NCBI GenBank assembly: GCA_965284565.1
Contig: OZ260100.1
Location: 1,658,046 to 1,722,045 of the forward strand
Direction: 5' to 3'
DNA length: 64,000 nucleotides
Source of the DNA: Vicingaceae bacterium
GTDB lineage: Bacteria; Bacteroidota; Bacteroidia; Flavobacteriales_E; Vicingaceae
Made by a program: the position numbers and the translations under genes. Position 1 is the stretch's first letter, and every line of letters starts with the position of its first letter. Positions 47,473 to 55,379 of the stretch are shown piece by piece. Under the pieces are notes generated by a model, which was given only the letters and a program-made list of their open reading frames with translations, searched no databases and was not told the origin of the DNA.

Positions 47473-48636
47473 TTGTTGGCTCAAGAAAATAAACGAGCAT
47501 TCTTCATAGAGCCAGAATACATGGTAGGAAAAGTAGTCCCAAATTATCTAAACAAGTTTCCTTCTACTCGTTTACAACAAGGCTTAGCCGTAAATGTTGG
47601 TTCCTTAAAAACTGATAGTAATAGCACATGGGCTAAATATTATAATTTCCCACAAACAGGTATCTCTTTATTTTATTCATCTATCGGCAATGAGAAAATT
47701 TTTGGAGATGAATACAGCATTACTACTTTTATTGCTTTTAATATTTTTGATCAGAAAGAAAAACCAATTTATTTTAAATTAAGTTTAGGAGCTGCCTATT
47801 TTACTACTTTTTACGATAGTATTTCCAACAGAAGAAATGTAAATATCGGATCGCCATTTAAGTGGTCATTTCTAGCAGGAGCATACAAAACTATAAGTGA
47901 AAAACCAGGTATGAACTTAAAATTAGGACTTATTTTTTCTCATGCTTCCAACGGACATACACAATTACCTAACTTTGGATTAAACTCTGCATTATTAAGT
48001 CTCTCAGCTCAGTTTTACAGGAGAGATTTAGCTACTTATCAGTTAACCAATAAACCTATTAAAACCGAAATTAAATCCAAAAGTAGAGATATTGGTATTA
48101 GTTATGGTTTAGGATTTCATGAATATGGCGATAAAGATGGTCCTGTTGGTGGAGAAAAAAAATTAGTTCACTCCACTTCTATTTTTACAGGAAAAACCAT
48201 TAACCATCATTTTAGATGGGGGTTGGGAGCAACCTATCGCTACTACGATGTTTATTACTATCAAATAACATCTAGAAGTTTAACCGATTATACCGATAGT
48301 CCGAAAAAGTATGCTTCCAATGTTGTTGTACATGCAAATGCAGAGCTTTTAATGGGACATGTTAGCATGAACGTAGAAATAGGAATAAATGTATATAAAC
48401 CTTTTTACAAGCAGTATGAGAAAGATTTTCCGCTAAACAAACAATTTGAAGGGTATATGAAATTCAAATCTTATTTTAAGAAAGGATTTTCTACTCGTTT
48501 AGGGTTGAATTTATACGCCATTAATGCCAATAAATTACCAAAACACAATTTTTATATTGGACCATATATTAAAGCCAATGCCGGTCAAGCAGATTTTAGT
48601 GAACTCTCTTTTGGATACATTTACAGAATGAATTAA
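47473..48636 (+). CDS. acyloxyacyl hydrolase / lipid A deacylase (PagL-like) outer-membrane protein
   Basis: SHASNGHTQLPNFGLNS catalytic His-Ser context and a beta-barrel pattern. The TTG start from the ORF track is probably too far downstream (see finding on 47392-47475). Confidence 0.7.
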   Translation: MLAQENKRAFFIEPEYMVGKVVPNYLNKFPSTRLQQGLAVNVGSLKTDSNSTWAKYYNFPQTGISLFYSSIGNEKIFGDEYSITTFIAFNIFDQKEKPIYFKLSLGAAYFTTFYDSISNRRNVNIGSPFKWSFLAGAYKTISEKPGMNLKLGLIFSHASNGHTQLPNFGLNSALLSLSAQFYRRDLATYQLTNKPIKTEIKSKSRDIGISYGLGFHEYGDKDGPVGGEKKLVHSTSIFTGKTINHHFRWGLGATYRYYDVYYYQITSRSLTDYTDSPKKYASNVVVHANAELLMGHVSMNVEIGINVYKPFYKQYEKDFPLNKQFEGYMKFKSYFKKGFSTRLGLNLYAINANKLPKHNFYIGPYIKANAGQADFSELSFGYIYRMN

Positions 48637-48680
48637 GTATTATGTTTGATTAACATTTATGTTGGTTTGATATTTTTTAT

Positions 48681-48719
48681 AAAAGGTCAGAAGAAATTCA
48701 AACTTTCTGACCTTTTTTT
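48681..48719 (+). terminator. rho-independent terminator after the PagL-like gene
   Basis: 12-bp stem AAAAGGTCAGAA / TTCTGACCTTTT plus a T-run. Confidence 0.75.
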
Positions 48720-48732
48720 GTGTTTCACTAAT

Positions 48733-48740
48733 TACCTTTG
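48733..48740 (+). promoter_or_regulatory. -7 box TACCTTTG abutting the bioA start codon
   Basis: TAnnTTTG ends 5 nt before the ATG at 48746, which predicts a leaderless mRNA. Confidence 0.4.
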
Positions 48741-48745
48741 CTAAT

Positions 48746-50011
48746 ATGAGTTTAAAGCAAAAAGATAAACAATATATTTGGCATCCATTCGACCAGCAAA
48801 AAGGAGCTGACATAATTCCAATTGTTAAAGGTCTAGGGGCTTTTGTGTTTGATGAACATGGGAAAAAATATATTGATGGTTTTTCCAGTTGGTGGGTTAA
48901 TATTCACGGTCATGCACACCCTTATATTGCTCAAAAAATTTATGAGCAAGCACTGGAATTAGAACATATTGCTTTTGGTGGGTTTACACATCCTCAAGCC
49001 GTAAACCTTTCAGAAAGATTAATTCATTTACTTCCCAATAACATTGAGAAACTATTTTTCTCAGATAACGGTTCTACGGCTAATGAAGTCGCCCTAAAAA
49101 TGGCTATTCAGTATTGGTTTAACCAAGGTGAAAAACGTACTCGTTTTATTGCTTTAGAGAATGATTACCATGGCGATACTTTTGGGAGCATGAGTTTAAC
49201 AGCTAGAGGTGGGTTTAACGAACCGTTTGAAACACTTTTATTTGATGTTGATTTTATTGAAGCTCCAACCAAAGAAAACAAAGATTCTGTTTTAAATAAA
49301 TTAGAAAGCCATTTAAAAACCAACGAAATAGCTGCTTTTATTTTTGAGCCGATTATTCAAGGAGCAGGAGGAATGTTAATGCATTCACCAGAAATTTTAT
49401 CGGAAATGATAGGTTTGTGCAAAACATATGGAGTTGTTACTATTGCAGACGAGGTATTTACAGGTTTTGGTAGAACAGGAAAGTGGTTTGCTTCAGATTA
49501 TTTTCAGCATAAACCTGATGTTTTTTGTTTGTCTAAAGGAATTACAGGTGGTTTTATGCCATTAGGAATTACAGCAGTTTCAAAGAATATTTACCAAGCT
49601 TTTTATTCAGATAATGCCAAGCATACTTTTTTACATGGACATTCTTACACAGGAAATCCGCTTGCTTGTGCTGCTGCCAATGCTTCATTAGATTTATTTG
49701 AAGTGGAAAATACTTTTGAAAAAATAGAAAATATTTGTCAATTACAAAAAACATTTATTGAAAGCATTCAACATCATAAACAGGTTAGAAATGCTAGGTA
49801 TTTTGGAACAATTGCCGCTATTGAATTACAAACTGATGGTGAGAGTAATTATTTTAACTCTAAAGGCAAAGAAGCGTATCAATTTTTGTTGAAGAAAGGA
49901 ATTATTTTAAGACCCCTTGGAAATGTAATTACCATTATCCCTCCTTACTGCATTGTTGAAGAAGATTTAAAAACTCTTTATCAGGGAATTGTTGAGTATT
50001 TGAATCAGTAG
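48746..50011 (+). CDS. bioA: adenosylmethionine-8-amino-7-oxononanoate aminotransferase
   Basis: WHPF...SWWVNIHGHAHPYI, DEVFTGFGRTG, PLP-lysine context LSKGITGGFMPLG. Confidence 0.9.
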   Translation: MSLKQKDKQYIWHPFDQQKGADIIPIVKGLGAFVFDEHGKKYIDGFSSWWVNIHGHAHPYIAQKIYEQALELEHIAFGGFTHPQAVNLSERLIHLLPNNIEKLFFSDNGSTANEVALKMAIQYWFNQGEKRTRFIALENDYHGDTFGSMSLTARGGFNEPFETLLFDVDFIEAPTKENKDSVLNKLESHLKTNEIAAFIFEPIIQGAGGMLMHSPEILSEMIGLCKTYGVVTIADEVFTGFGRTGKWFASDYFQHKPDVFCLSKGITGGFMPLGITAVSKNIYQAFYSDNAKHTFLHGHSYTGNPLACAAANASLDLFEVENTFEKIENICQLQKTFIESIQHHKQVRNARYFGTIAAIELQTDGESNYFNSKGKEAYQFLLKKGIILRPLGNVITIIPPYCIVEEDLKTLYQGIVEYLNQ

Positions 50012-50110
50012 TTTTTTAACAGCTATATTGTCTGTTTACCATTCCATAGGATGGAAGGTCAAGGATAAAAAGCAAATTCAAATTATAAAGATGATTTTTT
50101 ATTCATTGAA

Positions 50111-50136
50111 TTAACGGACTTAACACTAACTTAACA
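50111..50136 (+). promoter_or_regulatory. candidate Pho box: TTAACg-N3-TTAACA-N5-TTAACA upstream of the porin promoter
   Basis: Direct hexamer repeats, two of them at 11-bp periodicity (50120 and 50131). Shares the exact 12-mer TAACTTAACATT with 51461-51472. Confidence 0.45.
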
Positions 50137-50178
50137 TTACGTTTTTATTTGGTTAATATGGATAATAAATCCAAACTA

Positions 50179-50186
50179 TACTTTTG
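50179..50186 (+). promoter_or_regulatory. -7 box TACTTTTG for the porin gene
   Basis: TAnnTTTG match 52 nt before the ATG at 50239. Confidence 0.45.
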
Positions 50187-50238
50187 CCTCGAATTAAGGG
50201 TTTAATAATGATAGATATTTAACAATAAGTAAACATAG

Positions 50239-51453
50239 ATGAACAGTATTAAATTAATATTAACATTTGTTGTAGCGTTTTTTTTAAGTGTGTTAGGTTT
50301 TTCCCAAGAAGTAACAAATGGTAAGTTTGGTAAAGGAATATATAATGTTATAGCTGCTGATAGCTCATGGAGTATGAAGTTTGGAGCAAGGTTTCAAACT
50401 TTATATATAGGAGAATGGGATGTTGATGATAAAGGGAGTTTTACAAATGGAAGTTCTAATTTTTTAGTTAGAAGAGCACGATTGAAATTTGATGGCTTTG
50501 CTTATAGTCCTAAGTTGGAATATAAGTTAGAGCTAGGGTTGAGTAATAGAGATATGTCGGGTGCGAGTCAGTATACTAGTAATTCTCCAAGATACATATT
50601 TGATGCATTGTTGAAATGGAATTTTTACAAAAATTTTGTTTTATGGATGGGGCAAACTAAATTACCAGGTAATAGAGAGCGAGTAATTTCATCGGGAGAT
50701 TTACAATTTGTTGATAGGTCTATGTTAAATAGTGCTTTTAATATAGATAGAGACATGGGTGTTCAATTGAGACATCGTTTTAAAATAGGGAGTACATTTT
50801 TAGTTAGAGAAATAGTTGCTTTTTCTCAGGGAGAAGGAAGAAATATTACTTCGGGTAATCTTGGAGGGTATCAATATACATATAGAGTTGAGTTTTTACC
50901 ATTTGGAGCATTTTCTAAAAAAGGAGATTATATGGGTGGTGACTTAATGAGAGAGGAAAAAGTAAAACTATCTATTGCCGGATCTTACGATATGAATGAT
51001 AATGCAGTAAAAACGAAAAGTAATTTAGGAAGCTATATGGTTAATGATATAGGGTTGTATGAAACAGATATTCATACTTTATTTATTGACGCGATGTTAA
51101 AATATAAAGGATTTTCATTCATGGCAGAATACGCTCAACGAGAAGCTGATCATCCTGAAGCAATAAATAGCAATGGTACATTAACTGATAATGTTGTAAA
51201 TGTAGGTAAAGGAATAAACTTGCAAATGGGCTATTTGTTTAAGTTGAATTGGGAACTATCAGGAAGGTTTACACAAATTGATTATATAAAAGAAATTACT
51301 GGAAACGATGTGACGAGTCAATATACATTGGGGTTGTCAAAATATTTGTCAGGACATAAGTTAAAAGTTCAATCGGATATAAGTTATGCTACATCAGACA
51401 ATTTTACTACAGGAGGATTAATGAGTAGATTACAAATTGATATTCATTTTTAA
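50239..51453 (+). CDS. phosphate-selective porin O/P family outer-membrane protein
   Basis: Signal peptide, FLVRRARLKFDGF...EYKLELGLS pattern of Porin_O_P, terminal ...QIDIHF. Confidence 0.75.
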   Translation: MNSIKLILTFVVAFFLSVLGFSQEVTNGKFGKGIYNVIAADSSWSMKFGARFQTLYIGEWDVDDKGSFTNGSSNFLVRRARLKFDGFAYSPKLEYKLELGLSNRDMSGASQYTSNSPRYIFDALLKWNFYKNFVLWMGQTKLPGNRERVISSGDLQFVDRSMLNSAFNIDRDMGVQLRHRFKIGSTFLVREIVAFSQGEGRNITSGNLGGYQYTYRVEFLPFGAFSKKGDYMGGDLMREEKVKLSIAGSYDMNDNAVKTKSNLGSYMVNDIGLYETDIHTLFIDAMLKYKGFSFMAEYAQREADHPEAINSNGTLTDNVVNVGKGINLQMGYLFKLNWELSGRFTQIDYIKEITGNDVTSQYTLGLSKYLSGHKLKVQSDISYATSDNFTTGGLMSRLQIDIHF

Positions 51454-51455
51454 AG

Positions 51456-51472
51456 TTAACGTTAACTTAACA
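51456..51472 (+). promoter_or_regulatory. candidate Pho box: TTAACg-TTAAC-TTAACA overlapping the -33 region of the next promoter
   Basis: First and third hexamers start 11 bp apart (51456 and 51467); 21 nt upstream of the TACTTTTG box at 51493. Confidence 0.45.
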
Positions 51473-51492
51473 TTGGAGATAAAAACCCAACT

Positions 51493-51500
51493 TACTTTTG
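51493..51500 (+). promoter_or_regulatory. -7 box TACTTTTG for the MIP-like/PiT-like/Na-Pi genes
   Basis: TAnnTTTG match 35 nt before the ATG at 51536; TTG at 51473-51475 gives 17-nt spacing. Confidence 0.45.
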
Positions 51501-51535
51501 AGTTAATAAAATAAAGATAATAAGCAAGTTTTGAA

Positions 51536-52291
51536 ATGGAGGCAACCATAAGTAAATCAGAAAGTAAGAGACAGATTTTAAAAAATAAATTAAAATCGAG
51601 AACAGTTTTTTTAAATGCAATTGCAGAGTTAATTGCATCAACTATTTTTTCTGCATTATATTTTATTTTTATCAGTAGATACTTATCAGAAAAATTTCAT
51701 ACAGATTATATCATGTTATCTTTTTCTATCGGATTAACATTTTTTGCAGCAGTTTATATTCCTTTTCATACTTATAGAATTCATATTATTCCTTTTATTA
51801 CTTTAATTACTTCATTAAGAAGAAGAAACCCATATATTTTATTACACAAAATCCCAGCTCAAATTATAGGTGCTTTTTTAGGGGTATTAATTTTTAACTC
51901 AATAAATAAACTTACTACCAATGTTCAAATTGAAAATTTGCAATTGATAAATATGGGAGATAATGCCCTATTGATTTTTATAAATGCTGCGTCTGCTTCT
52001 ATTTTATGTTATGGGTTTTATATGATTAGGGTATTGTTTAAATCGAAACAATTGGCAGGTACGATATATTTAAGTGTTTTTTATACTGTTCTTTTTGCTG
52101 CGACAGCATTCTTTGCTAATACTTCTGCTTTAAATCCTTTTGGATATTTATTCTATGATTTATTAGGAAATAAAACTATTGCAGACCAATCGGTTCTTTT
52201 TGTTTTGTTAAATCATGTTGTTGCTCCAATTGTAGCAGTATTATTGATTTTCTTTTATATAAAACCCAAAGTATTAACTTATAGAAAATAA
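51536..52291 (+). CDS. divergent MIP/aquaporin-fold channel protein (NPA motifs replaced by IPF and NPF)
   Basis: 6 TM. AELIASTIF (cf. AEFIGT), RIHIIPFITL (cf. GAHINPAVTL), IPAQIIGAFLG (cf. AQ..GA..G), TSALNPFGYL (cf. GASMNPARS). Assigned by eye. Confidence 0.55.
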   Translation: MEATISKSESKRQILKNKLKSRTVFLNAIAELIASTIFSALYFIFISRYLSEKFHTDYIMLSFSIGLTFFAAVYIPFHTYRIHIIPFITLITSLRRRNPYILLHKIPAQIIGAFLGVLIFNSINKLTTNVQIENLQLINMGDNALLIFINAASASILCYGFYMIRVLFKSKQLAGTIYLSVFYTVLFAATAFFANTSALNPFGYLFYDLLGNKTIADQSVLFVLLNHVVAPIVAVLLIFFYIKPKVLTYRK

Positions 52292-52312
52292 TTTATTAAA
52301 GCATATTAACAG

Positions 52313-53431
52313 ATGGCAAAAATTAGTTTAGCATCACAACTTATTGGAGAAAAAAGATACGAATCACTTATATTATTTGGTCTTCAAGAGAAAACATTTT
52401 TAAGGTTATTAGCGGCTTTTGTAGTTATTGGTGCTATATTTTATCCTTACCCGAAAATAGCTATGTGGATAGGTTTTATGTTTGCAGGTTATTCTGCAAT
52501 TGCTAATGATTCCATCCAAACCATAGGAACATTTATAGCATCTAATGCAAATGTTAAATGGTGGAAATTATGGTTGTATATTGGAGGTATCTTTGTAGCA
52601 ACGGTATTATATAGCTGGATAATTTATGATGGAGATGTGTCTTATCAAAGATTAGCATCTAAAGGTTTTTCAGAATCGCCAACACAGTTTCACTTTTTGC
52701 AAATTATTGCTCCTGTTGTACTGTTGTTAATTACTCGAATGAGAATGCCGGTTTCAACAACTTTTATGTTGCTAAGCTGTTTTAGTTCTAGTGCTGATGG
52801 TATTATTGGTGTAGCTCAAAAAAGTTTGATGGGTTATTTCTTAGCTTTTGCTGTAGCAATGATTGTTTGGTATTTATTAGCAGGATTAATAAAAAAATTA
52901 GTTAAAGGAGAGCCTCACCCAGCGTGGAGAGTAGCACAATGGTTAGTTAGTGGTTGGTTGTGGAGTATGTGGATTACACATGATGCTGCTAATATTGCTA
53001 TTTACTTAAACAGAAGTTTAACGCTTATTGATTTTATTGTTTTTGCTTCATTTATCTTCTTTGGCTTAGGAGTGCTGTTTTATTTGCGAGGAGATAAAAT
53101 TCAAAAAATTATTACCGAAAAATCTCAAACCGTTGATGTAAGATCGGCAAGTATTATAGATTTAGTTTATACCTTTATATTATTTGTATTTAAAGAGTGG
53201 AGTAATATACCTATGAGTACAACTTGGATATTTTTAGGTTTATTAGGAGGTAGAGAATTAGCCATGATGCTATCAAAAAGCACTGATGCTGATAAAACCT
53301 TGTTGGGAACGGTGAAAATGATTTTTAAAGATTTAGGATATGCCACTTTAGGTTTAATTATTTCTGTAATGTTGGCAATTGCAGTAAATGAAAATATTCA
53401 ACAAGAACTGGTAGTATATTTTGGTTGGTAA
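52313..53431 (+). CDS. PiT/PHO4-like inorganic phosphate transporter family protein (divergent)
   Basis: About 9-10 TM. GYSAIANDSIQTIGTF resembles the GANDVANA(F/I)GT signature, with a weaker second copy ITHDAANIAIY. Phosphate-gene context. Confidence 0.45.
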   Translation: MAKISLASQLIGEKRYESLILFGLQEKTFLRLLAAFVVIGAIFYPYPKIAMWIGFMFAGYSAIANDSIQTIGTFIASNANVKWWKLWLYIGGIFVATVLYSWIIYDGDVSYQRLASKGFSESPTQFHFLQIIAPVVLLLITRMRMPVSTTFMLLSCFSSSADGIIGVAQKSLMGYFLAFAVAMIVWYLLAGLIKKLVKGEPHPAWRVAQWLVSGWLWSMWITHDAANIAIYLNRSLTLIDFIVFASFIFFGLGVLFYLRGDKIQKIITEKSQTVDVRSASIIDLVYTFILFVFKEWSNIPMSTTWIFLGLLGGRELAMMLSKSTDADKTLLGTVKMIFKDLGYATLGLIISVMLAIAVNENIQQELVVYFGW

Positions 53432-53465
53432 AACAAATTTAATTTTTTAGCAAAGAAACAAAGAG

Positions 53466-55157
53466 ATGGAAATTTCATTTATAGATTCATTAAGAATTAT
53501 TGGAGCATTAGGCTTGTTTATTTTTGGTATTAAAACCATGAGTGAAAGTGTCCAAAAGTCTTTTGGCTCATTTTTAAAGCAAATGTTTAACCTAATGACT
53601 AAAAATCATTTCTTAGGTATTATTGCTGGGTTTATCATAACATCATTAATTTTTTCATCTTCTTCTACAACTGTAATGGCGGTAAGTTTTGTTAATACAG
53701 GACTTATTACACTTGCAGAATCGGTGAGTATAATGCTTGGAGCAAATATAGGAACAACTGTAATTTCTTGGTTAGTTTCTATTTTTGGTTTTAATGCTGA
53801 TTTTTCTTTTATATATCTAATTATCTTTGCCATAGGTACGCCTTTAATTTTTTCAGGAAAAAACAAATTAAAATATGTTGGTGAACTTATTTTTGGATTA
53901 GCATTGTTGTTTTTAGGGCTTTCTGAACTAATTAATAGTGTGCCTAATTTAAATGGAGTTGAAACTGTTTTTTCTTCATTTCAGGAAACATCTCTAGGTT
54001 TTTTTAGTAACGTTTTCTTTGTGTTGATAGGAGTTTTTCTAACTTTAATCTTGCAGTCATCAAGTGCATCAATAGTGCTTACACAAGTGCTTTGTTTTAA
54101 TGGAATTATTTCTTTTGAAGTAGCTATTCCTTTAGTGCTAGGACAAAATTTTGGTAGAACTATTAATACAGAAATAGCTTCAGTTTCAGGTAATGTTTTT
54201 GCCAAACGCTCGGCTCGTATACACTCCTTGGTAAATATATTCGGGTTAGTTTGGATGGTAATAGCACTCTCTGTTTTTCCAATAGTTGAAATTTTAGATA
54301 ATATTACAACCAATTTTTTCCAAACAGATTCTGTTTATGCTGCTTTGGGTGCACCAATAGGTATCGCCTTATTTCATTCAGGATATAACATTGTCAATGT
54401 AGCCATAATGGTTTGGTTTATACCTCAATTGGTAAGGTTAGCTACTAAAACAATTAAATCCAGAGGAGAAACTGATGAGGAATTCAGGTTAGAACATATT
54501 AGTACTGGAATTATGACTACTCCAGAGATGTCAATTGTTGAAGCTCAGAAAGAAATTGCTAAGTTTGGTAAACTAACCCACCGAATGAAAGAGCATGTAG
54601 CCAATTTATTATTAGAGCAAAACCCAAAGAATGTTTACAAACTGCTCGAAAAGATTAAAAAATATGAAGATATAACAGATGATATAGAGAGAGATGTTGC
54701 TAATTATTTGGCTAAGATTTCACAACGAGAAATGAGTGAAGAATCTTCAATTCAGATTAGAGGAATGTTGAGTATAATTGGAGATTTAGAACGGATTGGC
54801 GATATTTTTTATCAGATATCTAAAGTGTTGGAAAGAAAATTTGAAGAGAAAATTTGGTTTACTCCTGACCAGAGAAAAAATATTGTAGAAATGTTTGGAA
54901 TTTTGGATGAAACTTTGGTGGTAATGAATAAAAACCTAAAAACTAACTACGCTTTAGTAGTTAAAAAAGAGGCGGTTGAAGCCGAACAAAAACTTAATGC
55001 GTTTAGAAAAAAATTACGAAAAGAACATTTCAAAAATGTAGAACAAGGAGCATATAATTTTAAAAATGCTGCTATCTACAACGATATATTTAATTCACTA
55101 GAAAAAGTAGGCGACCATGTTATTAATGTAACAGAAGGAGTGGTTGGTGAGATATAA
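53466..55157 (+). CDS. Na/Pi cotransporter family protein with C-terminal PhoU-like domain (paralog 2)
   Basis: NptA-type duplicated membrane core (SSSTT.., QSSSAS). C-terminal helical repeats with EDITDDIERDV and LEKVGDHVINV PhoU-like motifs. Confidence 0.85.
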   Translation: MEISFIDSLRIIGALGLFIFGIKTMSESVQKSFGSFLKQMFNLMTKNHFLGIIAGFIITSLIFSSSSTTVMAVSFVNTGLITLAESVSIMLGANIGTTVISWLVSIFGFNADFSFIYLIIFAIGTPLIFSGKNKLKYVGELIFGLALLFLGLSELINSVPNLNGVETVFSSFQETSLGFFSNVFFVLIGVFLTLILQSSSASIVLTQVLCFNGIISFEVAIPLVLGQNFGRTINTEIASVSGNVFAKRSARIHSLVNIFGLVWMVIALSVFPIVEILDNITTNFFQTDSVYAALGAPIGIALFHSGYNIVNVAIMVWFIPQLVRLATKTIKSRGETDEEFRLEHISTGIMTTPEMSIVEAQKEIAKFGKLTHRMKEHVANLLLEQNPKNVYKLLEKIKKYEDITDDIERDVANYLAKISQREMSEESSIQIRGMLSIIGDLERIGDIFYQISKVLERKFEEKIWFTPDQRKNIVEMFGILDETLVVMNKNLKTNYALVVKKEAVEAEQKLNAFRKKLRKEHFKNVEQGAYNFKNAAIYNDIFNSLEKVGDHVINVTEGVVGEI

Positions 55158-55214
55158 GCCTGTTTTGGTGAGGATTAGTAAAGAAGAAAAAGCGAAATCA
55201 ATTATTTGAGAGAC

Positions 55215-55250
55215 AAAAGCCTGATGATTTTCATGTCATCAGGCTTTTTT
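55215..55250. terminator. bidirectional terminator between the Na/Pi gene (+) and tRNA-Arg (-)
   Basis: 13-bp stem AAAAGCCTGATGA / TCATCAGGCTTTT with T-runs on both strands. Confidence 0.8.
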
Positions 55251-55268
55251 AATTTAAAAATTTGTTAG

Positions 55269-55342
55269 TGACCCCGGAGGGATTCAAACCCCCAACCCTC
55301 AGAGCCGAAATCTGATGCTCTATTCAGTTGAGCTACGGAGCC
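55269..55342 (-). tRNA. tRNA-Arg (anticodon UCG), CCA not encoded
   Basis: 74 nt. Acceptor GGCTCCG/CGGGGTC (two G-U pairs), anticodon stem TCAGA/TCTGA, loop TTTCGGC, T-loop TTTGAAT, D-loop AACTGAATA. Own -7 box and terminator. Confidence 0.8.
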
Positions 55343-55352
55343 TTAAGTGGGA

Positions 55353-55360
55353 CAAAAATA
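55353..55360 (-). promoter_or_regulatory. -7 box TATTTTTG (minus strand) for tRNA-Arg
   Basis: CAAAAATA on the plus strand; 10 nt upstream of the tRNA 5' end. Confidence 0.45.
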
Positions 55361-55379
55361 TCACTTAATTAACGCTTTT

